Source of the DNA: Podospora anserina
Lineage: Eukaryota
Direction: 5' to 3'
Length of the DNA stretch: 64,000 nucleotides
NCBI GenBank assembly: GCA_017654855.1
Contig: CM030335.1
Location: 3,100,001-3,164,000, forward strand
Below are positions 38,803 through 48,931 of this stretch, piece by piece; the first letter of the stretch is position 1; every line of letters begins with the position of its first letter. A program made the position numbers and the translations under genes. The notes beneath the pieces were generated by a model. The model was not told the DNA's origin. It did no database searches and saw only the letters and a list, made by a program, of their open reading frames with translations.

Positions 38803-40938
38803 ATGGGGAGCGCTACGTTTGATGGGCTTCCCGTGGAGCTCAAGACTCTCATTTGTGAACACCTCCGAACTGATGACGACTTGGAGAGCCTTCGGAACTT
38901 GGCCCAGACCAGCAGAAGTTCCCATGCAGGCGCGAAGGACAGTCTATTTCATACCATCATATTTTACGTCTCAACTCCATCTCGACTCGCTCGACAAGTA
39001 TCAGAATGTGAAGCCCTTCTCCTCCGTCATGAGGCTTGGGGTAAGGTTCGCAACATCTCCCTGATTCAAAATTCAAAGCGTCGTTACAGTCTTGTGCCGC
39101 TTGTTCAAACACCCCACGATTTTCCGACAGACCAAGCCCTGCCTAAGATCTGGAGTCTCTTCGAAAGGCAACTTCCTGCCAAGCTGAGAGACGACACCGA
39201 ATGGGAGCTCGAGCAGAGCAAGATTATGGGTGCCGATTTCGAATTCGGACACGACGTTCGCGACATCCCGAGCACAAGTTCTCTTGACTACATGTACCAA
39301 ACAGATCACGTTTGGACACCGGTCGTCGAGCTGGTTCGACGGCTCTCGGGTCTAACGGATCTCGTGTTTCAGTGTCTTAGCCAGTTCCCACCCTCCCTTT
39401 TGCTGGTAGTGCACGAGAAGCGAATTGCACGCCTCCATTTGCGAACCTGGCATCTGCGAAGTCTCGACAATTGGACGGTGAAAGACCCCCACGAGCTCGC
39501 GCTCATCAGGTCATCAAGTCTTTACAGCATCTGGTTGTCTCCCGCCGAGTGCCTGGAACCATACGCACGGCCAGTTGAACGATGCCCCCAGGTGGAGGCA
39601 GTTTATCAGATGTTAACGACGAAAGGGTTGGCACCCAACCTGCGCGACCTTCGCAAGTGTCACTATCCCGAACCAGTCCCACGAGACCATCCCTTCATTT
39701 TCAGGGCAGAACAAAGTTGTGAGAATGCGCTTGGGAAAGAAACTCGGCTTCTTCCCCTTCGAAACCTTCAACTTTCGCGGCCCTGCAGTTCGAGAAGTGA
39801 CATGAAAAGAGGTGAACCTTTTGAAAAGAGACATGTTGCCGAATGGCGAGCTCGCATCGATATGTCTGCGCTTGAAAGCCTGACGTTGTTGGCGCCTCTT
39901 CGCCAAGACGCAATCGAGAGCCTCTCGGCACCGAGCTTCCCTTTGCTGACGTCGCTATCCCTCCATCTCAGAGCACTAAGGGAGGAAGACTTGGAGGCAG
40001 TCGACTATTACAAAGCGGCCAGACATTTTCTAAGCACCCTGGCGCAGCTGAAAAGGTTGCATCTGCTTGGATGGAACCACGGGGTCGTCTCACTAGCCGG
40101 GCATGACGGCAACATCTCGGGGCTTCCGAATCACAGACTCAAAAGGTTGTGGCTTGCACCTGTATCGCACGAATATGCCGCGGATGGACATAACTTGGGC
40201 CCGCCCCCAGCAAAGCAACAGATCATCGAGCTGGGCAACCGCTACCCTGCTGTTGAGGACCTGTCAATTTCGGTGAAGCGGTCGATAGGCGATAGGGATG
40301 AGGTTGATCGATATAGAGCTATCGGTGGTAGCTTCAAGATGCTAAAGAGGCTGTCGTTGGAGTTGGATGCCTCGCCCTCGAGATCCGTGATTCGCAATAG
40401 ACCACCATCAGGCCCTGCGTTTGCCACGTCCCATTTTCAGAACAGTTTCGGCCGAAAGCTTGCGCCTGGTAAGTTGGGGCGCTACTACACCAATGGCCAC
40501 ATTATGGAAGCTATGGTGAATGCCGCCGTGGATTCTGATTTGGCCAAAGCCATCTTTCACACCATCATCCAAGCCAGCTGCGCCAGCGGTAGCACCTGCC
40601 AACTGAAAACAATGCTACTAAGAGCCCGGGGCTTTGAATTGTTCTGGATACCCCATCTCCTGTGGGACGGGTCGTTCTGGCTAGCTGGTTCTCGAAGCAA
40701 TCTCGAGCTCGATCGATGGGGGCGTGGACTTCAGAGGACGTATTTTCTTGACAACAGGGGGCTGGGAGGCACGACCATCCGGGAGTTGGACATTGCTTTC
40801 AATCGGGACCGGGTGGGGGGGATCGAATCTGACAACTTGTTTTGGAAGATTTTTGCAAAGTTGTGGCCGCAGGCCGTGACGGTTGGGAGTGACGGGTGGG
40901 CTACGAAGTGGAAGAGCTGGCCGCTGAAGACTGGGTAG
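38803..40938 (+). CDS. Hypothetical 711-aa protein with N-terminal F-box-like motif and LRR/RNI-like repeats
   Basis: Long intronless ORF; FDGLPVELKTLICEHL at the N-terminus; LxxLxL units (LRNLQL, LESLTL, LTSLSL, LKRLHL, LKRLWL, LKRLSL). Confidence 0.72.
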   Translation: MGSATFDGLPVELKTLICEHLRTDDDLESLRNLAQTSRSSHAGAKDSLFHTIIFYVSTPSRLARQVSECEALLLRHEAWGKVRNISLIQNSKRRYSLVPLVQTPHDFPTDQALPKIWSLFERQLPAKLRDDTEWELEQSKIMGADFEFGHDVRDIPSTSSLDYMYQTDHVWTPVVELVRRLSGLTDLVFQCLSQFPPSLLLVVHEKRIARLHLRTWHLRSLDNWTVKDPHELALIRSSSLYSIWLSPAECLEPYARPVERCPQVEAVYQMLTTKGLAPNLRDLRKCHYPEPVPRDHPFIFRAEQSCENALGKETRLLPLRNLQLSRPCSSRSDMKRGEPFEKRHVAEWRARIDMSALESLTLLAPLRQDAIESLSAPSFPLLTSLSLHLRALREEDLEAVDYYKAARHFLSTLAQLKRLHLLGWNHGVVSLAGHDGNISGLPNHRLKRLWLAPVSHEYAADGHNLGPPPAKQQIIELGNRYPAVEDLSISVKRSIGDRDEVDRYRAIGGSFKMLKRLSLELDASPSRSVIRNRPPSGPAFATSHFQNSFGRKLAPGKLGRYYTNGHIMEAMVNAAVDSDLAKAIFHTIIQASCASGSTCQLKTMLLRARGFELFWIPHLLWDGSFWLAGSRSNLELDRWGRGLQRTYFLDNRGLGGTTIRELDIAFNRDRVGGIESDNLFWKIFAKLWPQAVTVGSDGWATKWKSWPLKTG

Positions 40939-41206
40939 AAGGAGAGTGTGTTTGGTCCATTTTGGAGCGGTTGATGGGAAGGGATTCTTGACTAGAGACG
41001 CGGTAGATGGGGGTTACATAGTGTGATATATATATGACGTGGAAAATACTGTCGGATGGAGAATGTCAAGAAGAGATGCGGTAGTTGGTATCAAACCGGC
41101 GACTCTGTGATGTTGTTTCAAGTTCCATGATTCGATTGCATAAATCATCTCAAGATCCCACTTGCTTCACCTACTTGCCCAATTCACATTTCCATTTTCC
41201 CCTGCC

Positions 41207-42835
41207 CTAATGCTTCAAGCTCTCCTCAAACAGCTGCCCCAACTCCTCCCTCTCCTGTTCCAACTCTTTCGCCAACCCGGGAGCCAAAACCAGCACCCTA
41301 GCCTGCGGTATCGTCCCCTCGACCAACCCCTCAATATCCTTCCTCTCAAACCCCAGCTCGCCCAACCCCCTGGGCTGATCCCCCAGCTCCTCCAAAAACT
41401 TTTTAATCGCCTCGCCCAACACCTCTCCCGCGCTCTCCCTCTTGACATTGCTCACATCAACCCCAAACGCCTCCGCCGCCTGGAGATGTCGATCAGGGTT
41501 ACTCGCCGCCGTAAACTTGAACACCGCAGGCGCAGTCACCGCCACGCTGACCCCATGGGGAATAATCGGATCGCTGACGTCATAACCGGCGTGTTTATAC
41601 CCCTTGTTCTGCCCCGAGATAGGATACGACATCCCATGACAGAGGTGAACACCTGCATTGCCAAACCCGACACCGGCAAGGGTGGCAGCGAGGAGCATCT
41701 CCGACTGTGCCTCCGTGTCTTCCGGATCTCTGACCGCGCGGGGGAGGTATTTGACCGTTGACCTCAGCGCGGACAAACTAAAAATATCGGAAATGGGGTT
41801 CGAGCCTTGGTATGCCGGCCGTAAAATGGGGTTTGTAGGGCGGGGTGTGCGTTCATAATAGGGGATTGCGGTCCATGATTCTAGGGAGTGACATAACACG
41901 TCCAGACCGGAAGCGGCCTTAACAGCCGAGGGCATGGTTGCCGTGTTGAGGGGGTCGCAGATCCCAAGCGTGGGTTTGAGGTTTCTGTGGGCGATGCCTG
42001 TTTTCGCCTTGCGGGATGCGAGGTCGAAGATGGCGGTGCCGGTTGTTTCGGAGCCGGTTCCGGCCGTGGTTGGAATGGCGATTAGGGGTTTTAGCTTGCG
42101 GTCTATCGGGCGGCCGAGGCCGAGCGGGGCGTTGACAAAGTCCATGAAGTTGGCTTCGGGGTAGGAGGAGTAGAGGTTCATTAGCTTAGCGGTGTCGATT
42201 ACGGAGCCGCCGCCGACGGCGAGGAAGGCGTCCGGGTTGTAGGGGAGGGTCCAGGCGATGGCTTCTTTGATGCTGGGAGGGGGTTAGTGAGGGAAGGCGG
42301 GGAGAAAAGGGGAGGGACGTGCGAATAATCTTTGGGCTCGATCTTGACTTGGTTAAAGACTTTGTACTCGATCCCTGGCTGGCTGTCGAGTGCCTCCCGA
42401 ACCGCTCTCATCGCCTGCAGCTGGTCCACTGTCTTGTCTGTCACGACGGCGACCTTTCTGACCCCCATGTTGCTCAGATCCATGCCTACTTCCCTCGTCA
42501 CCCCGGGACCGAACCGGATGGAAGAGGCAGCCATTTCGAAGGCGTACTCCTTCAGCTTGGAAGGGTCCTGAGACGGGGTGGCATATCCCCTCTTGCTGCC
42601 ATTCTGAACCCTATCCGCGAAGCGGGTGACCTGGGTTCTTTGTTGGTGCTGGGTGTGGTGGTGATGGCCGGGGTTGGAGTGGCATGGGCAATTTGGGGGA
42701 TGAGTATATTGAATTGTGCGGAGGAGGGAGGCGGCTTTGGTTGCCCGCTGTTCATCTCATCAGTTCTCCTTCCATGATTCATGACCTTGACGATAAAGAA
42801 CTCACGTTGGGCAGGGCTCGGATAGCGCCGGACAT
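41207..42835 (-). CDS. Mitochondrial hydroxyacid-oxoacid transhydrogenase (Fe-ADH family, ADHFE1-like); introns ~42749-42805 and 42273-42322 (GC-AG)
   Basis: CPCHS leader motif, EYAFEMAASSIRFGPG, VGGGSVIDTAK, PTTAGTGSE, DVLCHSLES, GVHLCHGMSYP, PHG. Confidence 0.92.
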
Positions 42836-43321
42836 GGTGATGGTTCCAAAAGCTTACCTATTCAAAGGCACGCGTGAGTAAACGGTCACAAAAGGCGACA
42901 AATACATCCAATGGCCAACCAAGACAAGACCTATTTAAATGGGAGACAAAATAAGTGATGATGTAGGTTCCAGTTCCTGCATGCGATGCAAAGCGGCGAG
43001 GCCCGAGGTCGTCCCAAGTCCACCCCTCCACCCCCCCCTCTCCCTCCTCCAAACAAGCCCGGTTTACCCCACACTCCGGCTGGCGTCTTCCGCGTCTTCT
43101 TTGTGTAATACCATTGGCCACCAATTATCCGGGGTTGGGGTAGCTGCAGATCATGGCCCACCGAGTGGAGATTCCCCCGCACCGTTCAACAGCAACAACA
43201 CCATCCATCATCAATTCAGGGGGGAAAGATATCCCAAGATGAAGCAAACCAAAAATAAACAACGCCTTTTTGTATCTACCAAAACTACCCTCGCTAAAAT
43301 GACATGTCCAAAAACGGCAAC

Positions 43322-46300
43322 TTAGTACACCTCCAACACATACCTTCCGTCCTCTTTCAGCCTCTCAATCTCCTTCCTGGGATCAACCTTCCGCCCGCTC
43401 TGCTTAGCCTCAGTAGCAATCGCCTCCTCCAACACAGCAGTAACATCCGGCACCGGCCAAGTGGGACCGCACAGGTAGAAAGATCCCTCCTCCTCAATAT
43501 AAGCCTTGACAATATCACTCATCGTCTGCCTCATGCGATCCTGAATGTAGATCTTTTCAGGCTGGTCACGAGAGAAGGCAGCGCCGAGGAGGGTGAGCAC
43601 GCCGGCGTCCATGTACGCCTCCCACTCCTCGCCATAGAGGTACTCCTCTCTGCGGTGACGGGAACCGAGATACAAGAGAATGGAACCAATCTCCTTGCCC
43701 TGAGCCTTCTGCATAGCGCGGTACTGGACAAAGGCACGGAAGGGAGCAAGACCGGTACCGAGACCGGCCATGATCAAGGGAGCCGTGTCCTTGGGCGGCA
43801 GCTTCATGACCGAGGGCTTGACGGAGGCGATGACGGGGGTGCCGGGCTTGAGACCAGAGAGGTAGCGCGTGGCTTGACCCTGGCGGGTGCGGCCCTGGCT
43901 GTCAACCCAGTCGACGACGACAATCATCAGAGCAACGGAAGTGGGAGTGACGGCCTGAGCAGACGCGATGGAGTACTCTCTGCGCTTGAGAGGGGAGACG
44001 ATGCGGACAAGGTCAGGGAAGGATGGGTGAGCCGACTTGAAGGTCTGGAAGACATCAACGTAGGTGGCGGTGTCAACCTCGGAGAGCTTCTTGAACTCTT
44101 CGGCACCCTCCTTGCTGCCGAGGAACTCGATCTTCTTCTTCTCAGCCTCATCGGTGGCGAACTCGGCGAGGGACTCGAAGAAGCGCTTGGGAGGCTTGCC
44201 GAGAATGTCGATGTTCTGGAGGAGAGACTGGTAGATGGTACGAGTCTCGAAGACGGCCGGGTTCTCGCGCGAGGGGACCTGGACAAGGTCATCACCGTTA
44301 AGACCGTACCACTCAATGAAGTCCTGGACCTGCTTGGGGTCGTTATCGGCGTGGATGCCGAGCGCCTCGCCGATGTTGTAGGTGAGGCCAGAGGTGCCGA
44401 GATCGAACTCGATGTGGAAGATGTTGCGATCGTAGGTGAGGGGAGTGAGTCTGCGGTTCTCCTTGACGTGGATGGTGTGAGTCTTCACGGTGAGATCAGG
44501 GCGAAGCTCAGTCTTGAGGCTGTAAGCCTCCTGGAAAGCAAGACCCTTGGCAATCTCCTGCCAGGTGCTGACCTGCAGAGCCGACTCAGCCTCCCTCTTG
44601 TCAAAGGCAACAAAGCTGGTGGGCTTGAGCTCCTCTACAAGAGAGATGGCAGCGGCGTCCTCCTCAGCCCAGGTAGCGGGAACCTCAACCTTGTGAAGGG
44701 CTTGGGCGAGGGCATCGGCAACCTCAACGAGAGTGACCTGGTCGCCAGAGAGGCCACCAAGCTTGACGAGCTTCTCAGCCTCAAGGTCAGGGCGAGCGAC
44801 CTGCAAGAAGGCAAGCTCGGCAAGAAGCTGCGCGCGGTTCTCCAAAGCGGGGGAGAAGGAAGAGTCAAGAGCAAAGAGCTGGAGGCTCTTCTCCTGGATC
44901 TCCTTTCTGACGGAGGCAGGGATGCGCTTCTCGATCTCCTCAGCCTTGAAGTTGGGCAGACGAACGGCCAACTTGCCGCCAGCCTTTACACTCTTGACGA
45001 TAGCAACCTCCTTGAGAAGCTTCTCCTCGCCAACGAAAACAACATCCGCCTCCTCGACAGCGAAAGGAGCATCGACTGGCTTCTCGGAACTCCTGATCTC
45101 AGTGCGGACAACACCACCCTGGATGAGGCTGTTGTAAGTCTCGTGAACCGAGATGTTGTTGAACGACTCGCGAGAGAGGAGCCTGCCAAGGACGGAAGCC
45201 GAGGCAACGGCCTCGGAGTTGTCGACATCCCAGAAGATGTACTGCTGGGCCTGCTCAAGGGAGCTCAAGGTCAAGGAGACCTCGGCGTGATCGTCTTTGC
45301 TGGTGATCTTGCTGAGAACAGTGGCGATGGAGCTGGGGGTGTGGACGGCGGAGGCAGGGTACTTGAAATCAACGACAGCAGGCTCTTGCGACCATCTATC
45401 GGCAAAGGTGACCGCAGTCAGGACATCAGAGTAGAGGGCAGACTGGACAGAGGCATCCTCCACAGCCGAAGCATCACGGACTTGGCCAAGAACGGCAATC
45501 TGGCGAACCGAATCCGGGAGGGCCTCGAGGAAAGCCTCTTCGATGAATGGGCGGTAGATGCGGACATTGAGAGCACCAACCTTCTGGCCCTGAGCAGCCA
45601 AAGTATCAACGACCTGCTTGGCAAGCTGAGCCTCGGCGCTGCCAAAGACAACAAGGACAGTCTCAGCGGCCTCGTGACCGTGGTACTCAAAAGGAGCATA
45701 CGAAGTGCCGAGCTGGCTGTTGAACAGGCGCAAAAGCTCGACAACCTTGCCAGCGGTGTCCAACCTCTTGTTCAGGGCACCAGCCTCCTGGGAGATGCAC
45801 TTGTAGACCTCGGCAATGCTGGACTCGCTGAGCGCATCCACCACCCTCAAAGTCTCCCTGGCGGTGCGGAGACCGTCGTAGACGTGGAGGGTAGGCAGAA
45901 GGGAAGCCAGAAGAGTGGCGAAGAGAGCCATGTGCTGGACCTCCTGAGCCGAGGAGGTCGAGACGAGACCGAGACCAAGGTCCTCAGCCAGCTGAAGGGC
46001 GCTCTCGTACTCGGTGATGAGGCCATCGCTATTGGAGTAGTCGGCAGCGGCGACGTGGGCAACGAAGGGGCTCGAGACGCCATAGAGGAGAGACAGTTGG
46101 TCCAAGGCCGCGCGCAAGTGCCGGAGGCTCAGAGAGGGGGCAAGGAGGGTCTGGGGAATGCGCCTCTTGCTGAGGTCAAAGTCCTTGGAGAAGATGTAAC
46201 CAAGCGCAAAGGTGCCGGCACCGGCTCTGGTCTGGAGAGGGACAACAGTGGTGGTCTCGCCATGGATGTTCTTCTCCTGGGCTTGCGACCAGTCCTTGAC

Positions 46301-46510
46301 GGCCGCATCGAGGTCGAAGGTCTCGGGGGAGAAGGAGAAGATCTTGTCGGAAAGCTTGTAAGCAGCCTGCTGGACGAGGAGCTGGCTCGTCACGTAGGTT
46401 GGGCCGGAGATGGAGCTGAGGGGCACGGTCTTCTCGAAGCCGGAGGAGACGGTGCTAGTCTCGACGACCGGGGCAACGCCTCCGGTGGTCTCTTCGTGCT
46501 TCAGCTGCAT
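43322..46510 (-). CDS. MET10: Sulfite reductase [NADPH] flavoprotein alpha subunit
   Basis: PFOR-like N-terminal region plus FNR module: RNIFHIEFD, RREYSIAS, GLGTGLAPFR, AFSRDQ, FYLCGP; ends GRYVLEVY. The probable ATG is at 46510, but the frame stays open upstream to 47101. Confidence 0.94.
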   Translation of the reverse strand: MQLKHEETTGGVAPVVETSTVSSGFEKTVPLSSISGPTYVTSQLLVQQAAYKLSDKIFSFSPETFDLDAAVKDWSQAQEKNIHGETTTVVPLQTRAGAGTFALGYIFSKDFDLSKRRIPQTLLAPSLSLRHLRAALDQLSLLYGVSSPFVAHVAAADYSNSDGLITEYESALQLAEDLGLGLVSTSSAQEVQHMALFATLLASLLPTLHVYDGLRTARETLRVVDALSESSIAEVYKCISQEAGALNKRLDTAGKVVELLRLFNSQLGTSYAPFEYHGHEAAETVLVVFGSAEAQLAKQVVDTLAAQGQKVGALNVRIYRPFIEEAFLEALPDSVRQIAVLGQVRDASAVEDASVQSALYSDVLTAVTFADRWSQEPAVVDFKYPASAVHTPSSIATVLSKITSKDDHAEVSLTLSSLEQAQQYIFWDVDNSEAVASASVLGRLLSRESFNNISVHETYNSLIQGGVVRTEIRSSEKPVDAPFAVEEADVVFVGEEKLLKEVAIVKSVKAGGKLAVRLPNFKAEEIEKRIPASVRKEIQEKSLQLFALDSSFSPALENRAQLLAELAFLQVARPDLEAEKLVKLGGLSGDQVTLVEVADALAQALHKVEVPATWAEEDAAAISLVEELKPTSFVAFDKREAESALQVSTWQEIAKGLAFQEAYSLKTELRPDLTVKTHTIHVKENRRLTPLTYDRNIFHIEFDLGTSGLTYNIGEALGIHADNDPKQVQDFIEWYGLNGDDLVQVPSRENPAVFETRTIYQSLLQNIDILGKPPKRFFESLAEFATDEAEKKKIEFLGSKEGAEEFKKLSEVDTATYVDVFQTFKSAHPSFPDLVRIVSPLKRREYSIASAQAVTPTSVALMIVVVDWVDSQGRTRQGQATRYLSGLKPGTPVIASVKPSVMKLPPKDTAPLIMAGLGTGLAPFRAFVQYRAMQKAQGKEIGSILLYLGSRHRREEYLYGEEWEAYMDAGVLTLLGAAFSRDQPEKIYIQDRMRQTMSDIVKAYIEEEGSFYLCGPTWPVPDVTAVLEEAIATEAKQSGRKVDPRKEIERLKEDGRYVLEVY

Positions 46511-48931
46511 GTTAATGTCGGTTTCGGGGGGTTCAATGGCAAGAAGGGAGGGAGAAGAAGGAGGGGTACTCTTGAAGGCGTCTTCAAGAGCAAAGACTCG
46601 GCCGCTCGCGAAATATCGAGGCAATAGCGTAGTAAGGGGCCCAGGGGTTGCCTCGAAGCGCTCACGAACTGAGTAGACAGAAAGAAGAGACGGCGCCAGC
46701 GGGAACAGCTGGTTTTGAAGAAGGCGAAAAGGAGAAAAATTGGAGATGAGTCTTGGGAAAAAAATAAAAACAAAAAATAACAACCTACCGTTCTCCTCGG
46801 CCGGAGCAACTTCCCCATAAGTGCCGCATCTCACAGCCAAAATCTTTGGTAAAAGCAGTCTTTGGGGCGTTGGACCCTTGCTGCGATTCGAGGCTCGCGT
46901 TGATGGATGTCGATTGCGTGATTGTGAGCTAACCGCATTTGGTGGAAATGTGGGGGGACTTGGAGGTTTGGGGATGTTGGTTTGTAATGCAGCACAGTCA
47001 GGGTTGGGGTTATGCCTGACAAGATGTCTGTATCTCGTGGCGATGTCGGCTGTCGGTGCTGGTGATTGTTCGGCTTCTTTGACCGACAGCCGACCAGGCA
47101 TAATTTGCTATTGTTAGGACGATTTCTTTGTAGCCCACGAGATAGGATTAACAACGGCCTGTCTTGAACAGATCAAACGATCCATGTTCAACTGGTTGGA
47201 GACCTTGCGATGTCGCACTCTAGCGGCAATGACGTGATCTCGGCGGCGAATGTGAGGTCTCGTGTGACTGTACTGGGGTGGAAATCCAAGAGACGTGTTG
47301 ATCTCGACGAAGAGAGTTTCAATTCTGTCCTTTGTGGCCTCAATCATCTGTTGCTGCTTCAGATGGAGATGCCTTCATGGCGATGTGTCGTTGACAGGAA
47401 ATGTGTGCCAGACAGGATGTCCCTGGCCCCTCCATCTCTTGGCATGCGGGTTGTCCACTGTCAGGCAGGGCACGTTTTTGATGTGGGGTAATGCCATTCT
47501 GCGGGGGAGTGGGCATCATCTGCTCTCCTCACTATCGCAGCACAGCATGATGGTGATGGTAAGACAATATGGAAACAATCTACCTGGATGCTGTGCCTGT
47601 GAAATAGAAACAGTCTGATATTCCACCACAACCATCGCCGGGAACACCATCGCCTTCCAGATGCATTTCCGTCCAACCTGATGTCTCATCCCATCACCAC
47701 ATGGCAATCGTAAAGATAGCTCGGAAGAATGCAGAAATAGGTATCTTGCGGGACCGGGAAGGTAGCACACCACCGCAGCTTCGGATATGGCACCCGGCTT
47801 GGAAATGGAAACATGAGTTCAAGACGTCGAGGCCCGGTGAGCCATATGCTTATCGGGACGGCAAACAATCCCATGCGTCACTGATTCCGATTTCACACTT
47901 CCCGGTTCGGCAGCAAAGCCTGCGAGTTTTGTGCGGCGCGCTGTGCCAATCAACTGCATAAGGCCCCGGCTGCCGCAAGAACGTCTCTGTCAAAATGCAA
48001 GCCACAAACAGCGCCCATCAATTGTAGATGGCCTTGGCATTGTCAGCACCCGACGACATGTCTTCCAACTTCGAGACTCTTCCGAGAAGATGTGCCCGGG
48101 TCCCATTCAATGACTAATTCTGCCGCGAGAATGACAGGACCAGACTGACGGAAGATGGGGAACAAAGACAGCCATGATGATGAACACGGTCGGTAGGTGC
48201 CGGACAGGGGCCGTGTCTCCGGTGATGCTCTCTGACCTCGATCCGATGCCTACAAAGATAAACTTCAACATGTTGGACAGGTATCTCGGTTGCCAATGGC
48301 TACTGTGGAGCCGGCTGGTTGGGTGGTGCATCAGATCGAAGATGGAAGGCGTGGTCGACTGCAGTCCCGCGAGTCCCCAAAGTCTTGCGCAAAAGCGTGC
48401 CGCCACAACGACAGGTTGCAGGGTGACTCTATCGACTGCGTCAATTGTGCGGAAAGTCAGCCAGTTGATAAATCTGATGGCTGCATCATCGCCCGCCACT
48501 CGACCCCTTTGCTCAGGTTTTTATCTTTGCAATCTGCTCATATCTGCTTGAGCTTGCCTCTCACAGCTCATCTCGTCGCCCAGCGTACACCACCAGGCGC
48601 AAGCACTCCGAACTACTTATACTGGGTACATTCCAGCCTGACGACGACCTGTTTCCGGCATCTTCTCGGCCACAGCCCGAACAGGACACTTGTGTGCAGG
48701 TTTTGACAACCTTGGCGAGTTCAGGCTATATCGCGCTTCTGCTCGCCAGAGGTCCGCACTTCCTATAACGGCAAGTATTAATATACCGCCGTTGCCCATC
48801 ACCACTCACATCGCTACTGGCCGTTGCCCAAGGCTCGGCATCAGGTAGCCGACGGACGACAGCCTACCGTTGATACATCATCGAGTCACCCACCGTCGTT
48901 GTACCCGGCAGACAAGCCCAATCTATCCGCC

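Noticed and set aside
43304-46627. 1107-aa + strand ORF
   Set aside because: Codon-aligned antisense shadow of MET10. Strong codon bias (few TTA/CTA/TCA) removes antisense stops, and no motifs are present.
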